Assembly: GCA_964635905.1 (NCBI GenBank)
Contig: CAZWPK010000002.1
Coordinates: forward strand, 77,621 to 141,620
DNA from: an uncultured Pseudomonadales bacterium
GTDB taxonomy: Bacteria; Patescibacteriota; Microgenomatia; UBA1400; UBA12028
Reading direction: 5' to 3'
Length of the DNA: 64,000 nucleotides
Positions 41,845 to 52,661 of the stretch are shown one piece after another. Each line of letters begins with the position of its first letter. Position 1 is the stretch's first letter. The position numbers were made by a program, and so were the translations under genes. The notes under the pieces are model-generated. The model made no database searches. It was not told where the DNA came from and saw nothing but the letters and a program-made list of their open reading frames with translations.

Positions 41845-42771
41845 CTACAATCGACTAGGATGGGATCCCAGATGGCCAACCATCGTACCACAGGCCAGCC
41901 AAAAACCCTGCAGGAATCTGCCCTGTGAACGAAGCGATGTAAACACCAGATGGTATGGTAACCAAAGTAAATGAGAAATAAGGTCGAGTCCCTTCGCATT
42001 TTTCCACATGAACAGAATGGAATTCTTGTAGGCCATGATCTCCATCTTCTGCTTTCCAAAGACTGACGCATTTGTCGATTCGTGATTATGATGCACAACG
42101 GACTTCGGTTCAAAGTAAATTTTCCAACCTAATTGCATCGCTCTCCAGGATAGATCGATGTCTTCCCAGTATGCTGGTCGGTAGTCTGGATCAAATCCAG
42201 AAAGCTCCTCCCACATTGATTTTCGAAACGCCGCACTACCTCCCGCTGCCCAAAGAGTTGTGGGACCATCCTGATTTGGCTCTCTGAAGTGAACGAGGAA
42301 ACCGCGTTGAAAGCTCCCTCCGGCCCGCCCATAGGCTGTATTACCTTCAGCCGTTGCGATCTCTTTACATCCCACTGCAAAGACATCTGGGGATTTAAAA
42401 TGCTCTAGAAGTGGAGGTAAAAAGTCTGTTTCTGGGACAACATCATTGTTCAGTAATACCAGAATGGGATAATTAGCAATGAACACCCCTCGATTGCAAG
42501 AAATCGCAAAACGCTGATTAGATTGATTGATCAACACTTTTATGAGCCTATTTTTAAAAACGCTAGTGTATAGCAATGTTCCGTTAACACTACTCTCTTG
42601 GGAAGTGACCAAAAACTGCTTCTGTAACCAGGATAGTGTGTCGTCCGTACTAGCATCATCGACAATGACAATTTCATCTTTTTCGGAAAGTGCATCGATG
42701 AGGGCGGGAAGATTTTTTTCAAGAAGCGTCCTTCCATTAAAACTCGGGATAATGACAGAGACATTGGTCAT
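41845..42771 (-). CDS. Glycosyltransferase family 2
   Basis: VSVIIPSFNGRTLLEKNLPALIDAL ... IVIVDDASTDDT and DxD NNDVV. Confidence 0.7.
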   Translation of the reverse strand: MTNVSVIIPSFNGRTLLEKNLPALIDALSEKDEIVIVDDASTDDTLSWLQKQFLVTSQESSVNGTLLYTSVFKNRLIKVLINQSNQRFAISCNRGVFIANYPILVLLNNDVVPETDFLPPLLEHFKSPDVFAVGCKEIATAEGNTAYGRAGGSFQRGFLVHFREPNQDGPTTLWAAGGSAAFRKSMWEELSGFDPDYRPAYWEDIDLSWRAMQLGWKIYFEPKSVVHHNHESTNASVFGKQKMEIMAYKNSILFMWKNAKGLDLISHLLWLPYHLVFTSLRSQGRFLQGFWLACGTMVGHLGSHPSRL

Positions 42772-43862
42772 ACATTCAATAGTTGGTGGATAGATTTCTC
42801 AAAGTTCTCTTTGGAATATTGTCGTGATTTTGCAATAAGTTGATCGCGTAGTGTGTCCTTTTCATCGGCGTTTCGTGCAACGATGGTTGACATCGTTTCG
42901 ACCAAATCCTGCTCGGTAGTCCAGTACAAGTCGTTATTTCCCACAACTTCTACTTGGCCGCCTTTAGGAATGACGAGCGGTATTGCCCCGCTAGCCATGG
43001 CTTCTAGTGTCGTGATTCCAAAATGTTCAGTGTTCTCCGGGTGTAGTTTTTCGTCAACGTTATACCCTGCAGCATGCCAATAGAATGCTGCTCGTGCATA
43101 ATATGCACGCAATTCATCATAGGAGACATTTAAATGAAGACTAACAGGATATCCTCTGGCAATTTCTTTAAGCTTTTGAACATACTGATGGCTATCAGGA
43201 TTCGGATCAACATTGCCAATGACAGCAAAATGCCAGCCCTTTACATGCTCCTGATCAATCCACTGCTTAAATGCTGAAATCAGCACATCCTGATGTTTAC
43301 TATTGCTTTGAGAATGCGCAAAGAATCTCCCCGTTGTCACGATTAGTTTTTCTTTTTTCCCTGGAGAAAAATCTTTCTGATCAACATAGGGAGAGATCAC
43401 TTGTAGCTTTCGAAGAAGCCAATGCTCTTTAAGGACAGTGGAGACAAAATCCGAATACACCACGACCTTTTTCCAGGAAATTAATTTTGCACGTTCAGCA
43501 ATCTTCAACTTCCGTGTCCATGGGACCTGCATAATTAGGTAGGAATGTTTACAAAGGGTGGGGAAAATGCTGCCGTCTGTCATGGCAAATAAATAATCTA
43601 GAGATTTGGTTTCCTTGACAGTAGCTAGTGGAGAGGTTGAGGTACCGATCAGACTCGCCTTAACGTGAACTTTCGATAGGTCTAGTCCAAACATTTTTGC
43701 ATACCGTGGAAGAGATCGCTTTGTTGCCTCTACTTGTTCTGCAGGAACCAACAGCGTTGTTACATAGGAGTGACTGCACACTTCGGCAATGCTTAAAAGA
43801 TACCGTTCGCCACCGCCAGCGTGCTTGGGAAGATAGGGAGAATAAAGGCCAACTGTTTTCAT
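42768..43862 (-). CDS. Glycosyltransferase family 4-like
   Basis: ENTEHFGITTLEAMASGAIPLV is an E-x7-E-like motif. I chose the start at MKTVGLYSPYLPKHAGGGERYL rather than the track start at 43979, which would overlap the upstream GT2 by about 100 bp. Confidence 0.55.
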   Translation of the reverse strand: MKTVGLYSPYLPKHAGGGERYLLSIAEVCSHSYVTTLLVPAEQVEATKRSLPRYAKMFGLDLSKVHVKASLIGTSTSPLATVKETKSLDYLFAMTDGSIFPTLCKHSYLIMQVPWTRKLKIAERAKLISWKKVVVYSDFVSTVLKEHWLLRKLQVISPYVDQKDFSPGKKEKLIVTTGRFFAHSQSNSKHQDVLISAFKQWIDQEHVKGWHFAVIGNVDPNPDSHQYVQKLKEIARGYPVSLHLNVSYDELRAYYARAAFYWHAAGYNVDEKLHPENTEHFGITTLEAMASGAIPLVIPKGGQVEVVGNNDLYWTTEQDLVETMSTIVARNADEKDTLRDQLIAKSRQYSKENFEKSIHQLLNV

Positions 43863-43875
43863 AAAACACAAGGAA

Positions 43876-44706
43876 CTATGATTGCTTTTCCCAAAGTTTA
43901 AAAATCTCTTTTTCAATACGGGTATATTTTTCATCCAATGACGGTTTCTGTTGAAGCTCCCACACTCGTGCGTACACAAAGAATCTGTTTACCGCCTGTT
44001 GAAAACTTTCAATCCAGCCTTCCATTCCATCTTTATAGCCTTTTTTAAGAACTAACCGTCGAAAAAATTCCATCCCAAATTTTCGGACAAGCGTCCACTC
44101 TGTGACTGGCTTGGCTTTTGCATCAATAAAAAGTTTTGCCTCTAAATCAATCCAGGCGTGGGATTTGAGTAAGCCATCGCGGACGCTTCGATGGCTTAAG
44201 TGGACTAATGGTTCTTTGAGTTGTCCAATCACGCCGTCGACGGTAGCGGACTCGTGAACATCTCCAGTCCATCCTTGTAAATGATCCTTTTTGAAAAGTC
44301 TGACAATAACATCAGTTTCCCAGCCACCGTGTTCAAGCCATTTTCCAAAATGGATGTTATTTCGCTTCAGTTGGTATGCCGCAATAGAAGAATACTGAAT
44401 CGATTCTTGAATTTCTGTTGCTAATTTTGGGGTGACGCGTTCATCCGAATCAATGTATAAAACCCAGTCGCCAGAAGCGACGGAGACTCCTTGATTGCGC
44501 CAATCTTTGAATGTCCCTTGCTTAGCTTCAACTACTTTTGCTCCTTCGCGCTTGGCCAACTCCATCGTACTATCGGTAGATCCGGTATCAACCACAATGA
44601 CTTCATCGCAAAAGCGCAGCGCAGCCACACAGTTGGCAATCATGGATTCTTCATTTTTGGTAATTACGATTGCTGAAAGCGTTTGAGTTGTGTTTGATTT
44701 CCCCAT
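43876..44706 (-). CDS. Glycosyltransferase family 2 (WaaE/KdtX-like subfamily)
   Basis: LSAIVITKNEESMIANCVAALRFCDEVIVVDTGSTDST and YIDSDERV. It overlaps the upstream gene by 43 nt. Confidence 0.65.
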   Translation of the reverse strand: MGKSNTTQTLSAIVITKNEESMIANCVAALRFCDEVIVVDTGSTDSTMELAKREGAKVVEAKQGTFKDWRNQGVSVASGDWVLYIDSDERVTPKLATEIQESIQYSSIAAYQLKRNNIHFGKWLEHGGWETDVIVRLFKKDHLQGWTGDVHESATVDGVIGQLKEPLVHLSHRSVRDGLLKSHAWIDLEAKLFIDAKAKPVTEWTLVRKFGMEFFRRLVLKKGYKDGMEGWIESFQQAVNRFFVYARVWELQQKPSLDEKYTRIEKEIFKLWEKQS

Positions 44707-45707
44707 CGACCCTCCAATGCATGGAGTATACCAAGCTTCATTGCTTCTGTCCCCTGACTGTACTGTCGTCGGGCTTCTAACAGGAGTAACAGCTTTGCTT
44801 TTAGCGATGCATACTTTAAACCAAAGCGTAGACGATTTCTTGTTTGGTAGTAGACGTGCAATGAAGAACCGCTTCCACCAGAAGACCCAGCATTGAGGTG
44901 ATAGAGCGTTGAGCGTGGTTCAAAAACAATGCGTTTTTTAAATTTCTTCAAGCGTAATGAGAGATCAGCATCTTCATAGTACATGAAATAGTTGGCATCA
45001 AAGCCATGTAGCTTTTTCCATAATTTGGGTGTGATGAGGAAACAACAGCCTGTAGCAAACTGGGTATCGTACTCTGTTGCCTTGGTTGATGTGGTGCCGA
45101 CAAGTTGGGGTTGTAGAGAGTCTTCAAACAGTAACCTCTCAAGGTTATGACGTACGCCGTTGGCACTGGACAACGATTGAAGCGAGTTCGTATTTAGATC
45201 AAATTGTCCGCGATCTACCTCATCAACTCCCTTATGAAAGAGAATGACATTCCGCCAATCTATTCCTCCACCGGCAAACCATAACACTTTCCCTTGTTTA
45301 CTGTGGTCATACTCTTTTTTATGAAACTCATACCCTTTCTCAAAATAGATCTTCGGTACGACGATCCCAACATCAGGAGCGCTTTCATGGGTAACAATGA
45401 GCTGTCGGATCATCCCTTTGGTCACCCGAGTATCATTATTTAATAGGAGCAGATAGTCAGGAGTTTGGGATTTAAGCAGGGTTTGTACGGCACGGTTATT
45501 CCCTAAGGCAAAGCCGTCATTTGTTGGGGAGAGTACTAACTGACAGTTAGGAAAATCAGATGGTGATGGACTTTCGACTGACGCATTGTCCCAGATGAGT
45601 ACGTGGTAGGTATCTTGATCATCTTTCGTCGAAAAGAGCGACTTTAGACACTTTTTCGTTAGCCGTGTGGAATTAAAATTGAGTAGAATGATTCCGATCG
45701 TTGCCAT
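44664..45707 (-). CDS. Glycosyltransferase family 2
   Basis: IGIILLNFNSTRLTKKCLKSLF and later DxD-type acidic motifs. 347 aa. Confidence 0.6.
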   Translation of the reverse strand: MATIGIILLNFNSTRLTKKCLKSLFSTKDDQDTYHVLIWDNASVESPSPSDFPNCQLVLSPTNDGFALGNNRAVQTLLKSQTPDYLLLLNNDTRVTKGMIRQLIVTHESAPDVGIVVPKIYFEKGYEFHKKEYDHSKQGKVLWFAGGGIDWRNVILFHKGVDEVDRGQFDLNTNSLQSLSSANGVRHNLERLLFEDSLQPQLVGTTSTKATEYDTQFATGCCFLITPKLWKKLHGFDANYFMYYEDADLSLRLKKFKKRIVFEPRSTLYHLNAGSSGGSGSSLHVYYQTRNRLRFGLKYASLKAKLLLLLEARRQYSQGTEAMKLGILHALEGRWGNQTQLKRFQQS

Positions 45708-45708
45708 A

Positions 45709-46632
45709 TTAGCTTGCTAACTTTCTACGAAGCTTGAGTTTCAATTTGTTGATGACATTGCGTTCTTGATTTATTTCCTCGTTGGCGACCCAATAGGTCG
45801 TATGCGTACACGCCTGATTTACGGATTGTTCGACATCGGAAAGTAACAAAGGTGTATCTTTTTCTTTCGCACCTTCCCAGATTTTCATTGACACAACCAT
45901 GGAATAGACCGCCATCAGCAGTGAAAGGACTAGGCCGTACCGTCCATCCTTATAACCGTGCTGTGCGAAAAAACGCGTAAAAAATTGATCAAAGAAACTT
46001 TGAATGAAATCAAATCGTTGTACGGGTTCAATTTCTTTTGTTTTGACCAATGCGTGGTATTTTTGAGCCTCTAAGGATGTGTAGACATTCAGTCGTAATA
46101 GGAATTCTTCAATCGATTCATAATGGTGATGAATGAGTGCAAATTCTTCATTGGCTTCCAAATTATGAATGGCTCCTTCCACCGTCGGCTGGGCATGGAT
46201 GAATGGAGGATAGCTCCCTTTCCCAGTCTTAAACAACCGTAAAATGTAGTCCGGCCAAAATCCCGTATGTTCGATCCATCGACCAAAAATGAGGTTTTTA
46301 CGCGGCAAGTTATATCCATCAAACGCATCAAGTGACATTACTTCTTCAATTTTGGTTGCTAAGGTCTTCGGTACTTCTTCATCACTGTCGATAATCAATG
46401 TCCAATCAGTTTTTACTTTTTTTAAGTATTCATCACGCACGGGATCGGCAAAGCGATGACTTCCTTTGACAGTAAATATTTTGGTTTTGTGCTTCGTTGC
46501 TATTTGGACGGTAGCATCCGTACTCTCCATATCAACAACAAACACTTCTGTACACCAGGCCACTGATTTTAGACACGCTTCCAGTGTGCGCTCGGAATTT
46601 TTTGTATGGATAACTGCAGTAATGGTCGCCAT
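45709..46632 (-). CDS. Glycosyltransferase family 2 (WaaE/KdtX-like subfamily)
   Basis: ITAVIHTKNSERTLEACLKSVAWCTEVFVVDMESTDAT and IIDSDEEV. Confidence 0.65.
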   Translation of the reverse strand: MATITAVIHTKNSERTLEACLKSVAWCTEVFVVDMESTDATVQIATKHKTKIFTVKGSHRFADPVRDEYLKKVKTDWTLIIDSDEEVPKTLATKIEEVMSLDAFDGYNLPRKNLIFGRWIEHTGFWPDYILRLFKTGKGSYPPFIHAQPTVEGAIHNLEANEEFALIHHHYESIEEFLLRLNVYTSLEAQKYHALVKTKEIEPVQRFDFIQSFFDQFFTRFFAQHGYKDGRYGLVLSLLMAVYSMVVSMKIWEGAKEKDTPLLLSDVEQSVNQACTHTTYWVANEEINQERNVINKLKLKLRRKLAS

Positions 46633-46638
46633 AGATTT

Positions 46639-48141
46639 CTATCTTCGTACTAATGAAAGTAACTCTTTTTGTATCTTCTCAAATCCAAGTAACCCGAGCA
46701 AGCCAACGAAAATACAACCACCGGTAACCACACCTGCCACAAACAGGGGTACAGACTGACTCCACAAGGGGATAAAGCGATACAAAATCACTGCCATACA
46801 CACGGAAGCAACCAGTTGTCTCCAAATTTGTTCAAAAAATTCAAATGGTACTTCCTTCTGTAACGCTTTGACCACAAAAATAACGGTCAATGATATTGCC
46901 ACACTAGCCAAAGCTACTCCATTAAAACCGAAGCGCCAGATAGCAAGTGGGGTGAGCGTCCACTGTAATAGCGTCCAAATCAACATAAACCGTAATGACG
47001 TGTTTATTTTCCCTATCGCATTGAGCGTATTGATCAATGGAGTAGAGATCGACGAAAAAGCGATACTGATACACATTAAACCTAATGTTAATAAGGCTGG
47101 TTGCCATTGCGCATATTTTGGAACTAACGCGGTTAAGGGGATAAACATCACTGAAAACCCTGCTAAAAGTGGGAAAACGGCTAAACTGACAAAAAAGAGT
47201 GTCTTCTCAATCGCACGCTTGAGCAGATGTGAATCGTGCTGCAATCGCGCAAAGGTAGGAAAGGTGATTGCCATAATGCTGTCTACTCCGAAACGATACG
47301 GAAGCCTGGACGCCTGATTTGCCCAGGTAATGTAGCCCAATTCCGGTTTAGAAAGTAAAAAGACGGTGATAACCGAAAATAATTCGTCCTTGATCTTCGC
47401 AATCACGTCATTGGCTTGGAATTTAATTCCGACTTTCATTAAGTCTGAAAACGCAGATTTTGAGAAGGCGAACCCTACCGGCCAGCGTTTAATGGAAAGC
47501 ATGATGACCACACCAATGATGGCTCTAGCCAACACCGCAATCGAGTAACTGGTAATGCCCATTCCTCTCCAAGCGAAAAATAAGACAATTCCATTAAAGA
47601 CCATGGCTTCAACCACAGCTGGCATGGCCAGTTTTCCAAATTCCAATTGTCGTTCTAGTAAGATCGATGAATTCGTTTTCAGGGAAACAATGGGAAACGA
47701 CAGTGCAAACGCCGCGGCAAGAAAGACTGCTGGCATCTCTAGCTTTCCATTGAGATGTAATGTCCATGCAGTTGTAATGATCAGGACACAGACAATCCAG
47801 GCAAGAATTTGCTGAACGGTAAAGACTGTGCGTAAATCGCGAACTGTTGGGGCTTCTTTTTTTTGAATCAGTGAGGCTGCTAAGCCAATGTCCGAAATAA
47901 TGGTAAAGAAGCTACTGATGGAAACGACAATTCCATAGATTCCAAAATCAGTAGTAGATAATAATGCGGACAATAAAAAATAGGAAAGTACCCCTATTCC
48001 TTGGAGAAAGAGTGAGCGAATCACATAGGAAATCGCCCCACGCATGGACCTCTTTTTAATATCTTCAACTTGTAGAACATCTTCTGCAATGGACAATGCG
48101 GGATTTAAATCTTCTGATGGCTGATCTTTCGCTAATACCAT
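46639..48141 (-). CDS. Wzx-like oligosaccharide flippase (MOP superfamily)
   Basis: About 500 aa with 12 to 14 TM helices in the polysaccharide-biosynthesis-protein layout. The track ORF starts at 48180, but I use the internal Met. Confidence 0.55.
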   Translation of the reverse strand: MVLAKDQPSEDLNPALSIAEDVLQVEDIKKRSMRGAISYVIRSLFLQGIGVLSYFLLSALLSTTDFGIYGIVVSISSFFTIISDIGLAASLIQKKEAPTVRDLRTVFTVQQILAWIVCVLIITTAWTLHLNGKLEMPAVFLAAAFALSFPIVSLKTNSSILLERQLEFGKLAMPAVVEAMVFNGIVLFFAWRGMGITSYSIAVLARAIIGVVIMLSIKRWPVGFAFSKSAFSDLMKVGIKFQANDVIAKIKDELFSVITVFLLSKPELGYITWANQASRLPYRFGVDSIMAITFPTFARLQHDSHLLKRAIEKTLFFVSLAVFPLLAGFSVMFIPLTALVPKYAQWQPALLTLGLMCISIAFSSISTPLINTLNAIGKINTSLRFMLIWTLLQWTLTPLAIWRFGFNGVALASVAISLTVIFVVKALQKEVPFEFFEQIWRQLVASVCMAVILYRFIPLWSQSVPLFVAGVVTGGCIFVGLLGLLGFEKIQKELLSLVRR

Positions 48142-48145
48142 AGGT

Positions 48146-49834
48146 CTATTTTTTATGTCGTCGTAGTTGTAACAGCGCAATCAAGAAAGCAGTCGAGGAA
48201 ACTAGAGAAATAAGTTCCGACAGCCCTCGAAGTGATGTCCGTTCCAGTCGAATTAAGAGCTCATGCTCCCCTTTTGGAATCTCTAACTGGTAGGTACCCG
48301 TTGTCGCATGGCTTCGTAACGGTAATGATACTCCATTTAGATACGCTCTCCATCCAGGAAAAGTAAAAATCTTTACATCCAGACCACATGGAGTACTACA
48401 GTGTACCTGTGTAAGTATGGATGAGGGTTTTTCTTGAATTACATTCAAACTTCCCTCGCCGGTTACGATCGCTAGACGATCCTCTGATGGAGGTGGATAG
48501 TTTGTCCCCACAACTTCTGGGGGAAGATAGTCATTGAGCGTACCGCTTAATGCACTACGAATGAATTCCGAGTCCGTTCGATAGTACGAAGACAGATCAT
48601 CCAGATAACGCTCGGGAACAAACAGTTTCGCCTGAAACAGGGCGCACAGAATCAGCACACTTACCAGTAGGAAACGTGCCGATTTCTCGCGAAAAAGAAA
48701 AATCGCCCCACCAGCCAGTAACGCCAGGAAAACATGCGAAAATGCTAACAATCTCCAGGGAAACTGGAGAAAACGCAGCGTCGGCACGTGTTCCCATACC
48801 CAAACACTCTTTGAGGTGGTTAACCAAGTAAACGCAGCAAAGAAAAGTACGATTACGACTACGAACAGTTTTGAATACTTGTTTCCTTTACGTGCGATAA
48901 CCATCACCGACAAGGCAGCAATACCCAAGGCTAACATCCCAAGTGAGAAACTAATCCCGTCCTCGATGCCTGGTATCGATCCACCATATCCCCACGTACC
49001 AGTAAAGAGCTGACGAATAGCCACGAAGTGATTGTGAAAATCGAAATCACCCGTCGTGATTGTTTGTTCGACACGGGTGTACCCTTTTTCAAAATAGGCA
49101 GGGATCACATAAAAGGCACAGAGTCCGATTCCCAGCAACACGGAGACGGCTACCCGTTGAAAAAAGATTCTCTTTTCTTGGATCGTTTTTTGAGAAATAA
49201 CTACAAGTGCCGCAGCAAAAAGAACAAGCAATGGTAGCAGGATCATTCCAAGCAAATTATGTGAAGTTAGGGTGATGGCAATGCAAAAAGCCAACCATAT
49301 AATCCCACCTTTTTTTTGCTTTTCAAGATAGACAACTCCAGCCAGAGCAAATGGTATTGTAACCATCGCAAACACTTCTCCAATGGCACCGCGGACATAG
49401 AGGTCAACCGCTCGATAGGTTGCAAAAGAGAAAAGAATGGCACTAAGAATTCCGCCCTGTTTTCCCCAAAATTCTTTGGATAAAAGATACATTCCGACAA
49501 AAGCGAGGATGGCATTGATGATATACAAAAGTTTAATCGAAATAATCGCTCCAAATAACCAGTTTGGAAGTTGCGCAAGATAGTATGGAAATGGCGCATA
49601 GAAATTGAACAACGGCATTCCGTATCCAAATCCAAAGTTTTCTGACCATCGAACGGGTATCTCTCCAGAGGCAAGACTCCGTTGCATCTCCACAATTCGC
49701 GCAGCATGGGTATAGTCGTGTGGTCGAAAGAAATCTGTACGAAGAACCGCAAAACTTGTCAGCACGACACAAAGAATTCCGATTCCAACGACGAACCACT
49801 TATCGAGCCACTGCGGTAATGTTGTCTTATGCAT
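48146..49834 (-). CDS. Polytopic membrane protein, unknown (possible polymerase/GT-C-like)
   Basis: About 560 aa with many TM helices and a C-terminal soluble domain. Start at MHKTTLPQWL, 4 nt after the upstream stop. Confidence 0.4.
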   Translation of the reverse strand: MHKTTLPQWLDKWFVVGIGILCVVLTSFAVLRTDFFRPHDYTHAARIVEMQRSLASGEIPVRWSENFGFGYGMPLFNFYAPFPYYLAQLPNWLFGAIISIKLLYIINAILAFVGMYLLSKEFWGKQGGILSAILFSFATYRAVDLYVRGAIGEVFAMVTIPFALAGVVYLEKQKKGGIIWLAFCIAITLTSHNLLGMILLPLLVLFAAALVVISQKTIQEKRIFFQRVAVSVLLGIGLCAFYVIPAYFEKGYTRVEQTITTGDFDFHNHFVAIRQLFTGTWGYGGSIPGIEDGISFSLGMLALGIAALSVMVIARKGNKYSKLFVVVIVLFFAAFTWLTTSKSVWVWEHVPTLRFLQFPWRLLAFSHVFLALLAGGAIFLFREKSARFLLVSVLILCALFQAKLFVPERYLDDLSSYYRTDSEFIRSALSGTLNDYLPPEVVGTNYPPPSEDRLAIVTGEGSLNVIQEKPSSILTQVHCSTPCGLDVKIFTFPGWRAYLNGVSLPLRSHATTGTYQLEIPKGEHELLIRLERTSLRGLSELISLVSSTAFLIALLQLRRHKK

Positions 49835-49838
49835 ACAA

Positions 49839-51419
49839 TTAATGAACCTGATAGAACAGTAGACTTGGTCCTGGAGATGGGCGTTTGAATTCAAAGATTA
49901 ATTGAAGGTTATCTTGATTCACCAGTCCAAGACGATGACTATTTACGGCATAGTAGATTTCATCTTGATTCGCCCTAGAGAGAAATTCCTGAGGTAAGGC
50001 AGAAACGGAAACTCCAATCCCCTCAATTTCAATTCCTGGGAGTGCGTTGTCACCTTGAAAGTACATCGTTAAACCATCTGGAAGCGTTCCAAAAGATCCT
50101 TCAGTCAACACGACTATCTTTTTTGAAGAATTTGTAGGGAGTAACGCGTGTCGTTCTTTAATAAATGTAGCAATTTCCAAGTTTCCATAGCCTGCTGACC
50201 ATTCGGTTAAATACTGCGTTCTATCAGCAGCAACAAACGGAATCTGTGCCGGATCCAACAAGGCAGGAAAAATAAATACAGCGCTGCTAAGAAGCGTTAG
50301 AGCAATCATCGCAATTCCAAATAGACGCATACGGGTATGCGCAAGAATGGTTTCAAACGAGAGCACGGACGCAAGAGTATAAAACAGTGCAACTGGAAGG
50401 AAATAGCGTGGCCATAAGACGCGACCGAATCCAATCAGCGGAATCGCAAATAACATTGCTTGAATAATGAGTATTCCGATGGTTTTACGTTTACGTGAAT
50501 AGAATAGCCCGAGCAAAGGAATCAACAGTACAGGAAGGGTTAGATACGATGCCAACCATCCAACCACCCTGGGAAGACTTTCAAGGATGACGTAACGAAA
50601 TTCTCTCATCAGTAGCTCAGAGAAAGTGAAGGTGAAATCTTGACTACGAGAAAATAACGCACCAAAAAATGAGGATACCCGTAGGAACAGAAACAAACAG
50701 CCGCCCAAAAATCCCCCAAATCCTACATACAGCATACTCACCAAAATCTTTTTTACACTGTGCCGACGTTGTTCGTTATCCTCCTCAACTGCCCAAGCCA
50801 AAAGTGGAGATAAGGCCAAACTTGGAATAGCAAACAATGCCGGTGTTTTTGTGTAGAGCGCAGCTCCATAAAAAAGAGCAAGCAAGAGAATATGTGGAAT
50901 CACTTTATAGGGAGTTTTTTTTGCTCGAAGTGTAATCACCGAGATTTGAATGGTTGTTAGAAATGACAGCGCAAGACAGAGCACGAGTAGACCATCCATC
51001 AATGCCACCCGATGATAGAAGAACCAAAAAGGAAGAACGGATATGAATACGACCGTTAATATTGCAGTAGTTGATCGCTTGCTTAGTAGGCGTGTTAACT
51101 TCGCCATTACAGTCACAGTTGCCAATCCAATCAGTAACGCCAGGAATCTTCCTGCAAAGAGCGGATCAGGAATCATGCGAAGCATCATTGACAGTAGCCA
51201 CATGAAGAGTGGCGGTTTCCCATCTGCCATCGAGAAAAAGGCAAAACGCTGTGCATCATCAAGTATCAATTGCGCCCAATGAATATAAATTGCCTCATCG
51301 GCAAAAACTGGAAGAAGTAACAATGCCGGAAGGTGCAGCCCCAAAAATCCAGCAAGTGTCCATGCCCAAAATGGAAACAGTCGGTACACCAAGCGAGTCA
51401 AGTGGATTAATCGTTGCAT
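49839..51419 (-). CDS. ArnT/PMT-like GT-C glycosyltransferase
   Basis: The first loop VFADEAIYIHWAQLILDD carries a DE..Y motif. I use the internal Met MQRLIHL, because the track start at 51638 would overlap the upstream gene by 232 bp. Confidence 0.5.
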   Translation of the reverse strand: MQRLIHLTRLVYRLFPFWAWTLAGFLGLHLPALLLLPVFADEAIYIHWAQLILDDAQRFAFFSMADGKPPLFMWLLSMMLRMIPDPLFAGRFLALLIGLATVTVMAKLTRLLSKRSTTAILTVVFISVLPFWFFYHRVALMDGLLVLCLALSFLTTIQISVITLRAKKTPYKVIPHILLLALFYGAALYTKTPALFAIPSLALSPLLAWAVEEDNEQRRHSVKKILVSMLYVGFGGFLGGCLFLFLRVSSFFGALFSRSQDFTFTFSELLMREFRYVILESLPRVVGWLASYLTLPVLLIPLLGLFYSRKRKTIGILIIQAMLFAIPLIGFGRVLWPRYFLPVALFYTLASVLSFETILAHTRMRLFGIAMIALTLLSSAVFIFPALLDPAQIPFVAADRTQYLTEWSAGYGNLEIATFIKERHALLPTNSSKKIVVLTEGSFGTLPDGLTMYFQGDNALPGIEIEGIGVSVSALPQEFLSRANQDEIYYAVNSHRLGLVNQDNLQLIFEFKRPSPGPSLLFYQVH

Positions 51420-52660
51420 AATGATGACGCAGTCGTTGTCATTGATTGATTGTAACGTAGTCGTTCTCGGATTTGAATGAAGAGCAGTACCAGCATCCAG
51501 ATGGGAACTGCACTCCAAGTAATGATCTGGCTTTGAGTCAATAACGATGACGAATACTCCCCTACCCATAGGAAAGGAATGTATCGAAGTAGACTGGTCA
51601 ACGAGAGCAAGAGTAACAATACTCGAAATTGGGTACATTTGATAAACGGCAGGAAGCTTAATGCCCAGATTAAATACCAGGGATGAAATTGTTGCGAGCG
51701 GCTAGTCAGTAGCGGAAGAAGTAATAAAAAGGCGGAAGTATCTGCCCAATAGTATTCCAACCTCTGGAAAATGCTAGAGAAACGCGACAATCGATTGTCA
51801 ATCAGACTCTTTCCAGAAAAAAACCCAACCCAAACAGGAATGAGAGTGATCGTGGCGAGCTTAATTTGTGTGGAGAGGCCTAAGAAGAGTAACGATACGA
51901 TGGTGGGAAGAGTGCGATTTCTCTTCATTGTAAAAAGGATTGCAAAACTTACGAAAACGAAAGCCATCATCCACACATCATTATGTCCGCTTGAAAATGT
52001 TTCAATTAAAAAAAGAGGGTTAAGATAGAACCATCGCCACTCCATGCTTTTATGGGCACCGTTCTTTACTTGGCTTAACTTCATTTGAGCAACAGCTAAA
52101 ACGACAACCCCAATTGCCATGAATACTTTAAATGATAGATAGGTTGGTAGAAAACGACTAAAGCCCAGGATGAACGGCGCCGTTGTTAAATACGTCCAAA
52201 ATTTTCCGTAGGGCGCGGTGGTGTGGACATTATGCATAAATCGCAGCCACTCATCAGTCGAGGCTATTTCCAGCGCACTTTTTAGATGGGGATCTTGCTG
52301 GTATTGCAATAGCGCTTTCGCATTAAACATGTAGTTAAACAAATCATGGGAAAGAGCGACGTTGCTTGCTATTACAACGAGCGGCACAATCAACAATGGC
52401 AAAGAAAACTTGATCTGCTTTTTTACTGCAAACAGATACAACCCAAACCCTACTAGGATCAGCAGAACATAGGTAGCCACGACTACACTGCGATTCCCAG
52501 CCAGTTGCCAGGCAGACTGTTGCAACGTTACGAACAATGGCTGCGTTGAAAAATAGAGATTAGGATCCGTCTTCAAAAAAGTCCAAACAAAAAAAACAAT
52601 GCTCCACAACACAATTGCTGGGTAAAACCACAGTGGGATAAAAGCCTCTAATCGTCGCAT
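51407..52660 (-). CDS. Polytopic membrane protein, unknown (GT-C/mannosyltransferase-like architecture)
   Basis: 417 aa with about 10 TM helices. It is immediately downstream of a Dpm1-like synthase. Confidence 0.4.
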   Translation of the reverse strand: MRRLEAFIPLWFYPAIVLWSIVFFVWTFLKTDPNLYFSTQPLFVTLQQSAWQLAGNRSVVVATYVLLILVGFGLYLFAVKKQIKFSLPLLIVPLVVIASNVALSHDLFNYMFNAKALLQYQQDPHLKSALEIASTDEWLRFMHNVHTTAPYGKFWTYLTTAPFILGFSRFLPTYLSFKVFMAIGVVVLAVAQMKLSQVKNGAHKSMEWRWFYLNPLFLIETFSSGHNDVWMMAFVFVSFAILFTMKRNRTLPTIVSLLFLGLSTQIKLATITLIPVWVGFFSGKSLIDNRLSRFSSIFQRLEYYWADTSAFLLLLPLLTSRSQQFHPWYLIWALSFLPFIKCTQFRVLLLLLSLTSLLRYIPFLWVGEYSSSLLTQSQIITWSAVPIWMLVLLFIQIRERLRYNQSMTTTASSLCND

Positions 52661-52661
52661 G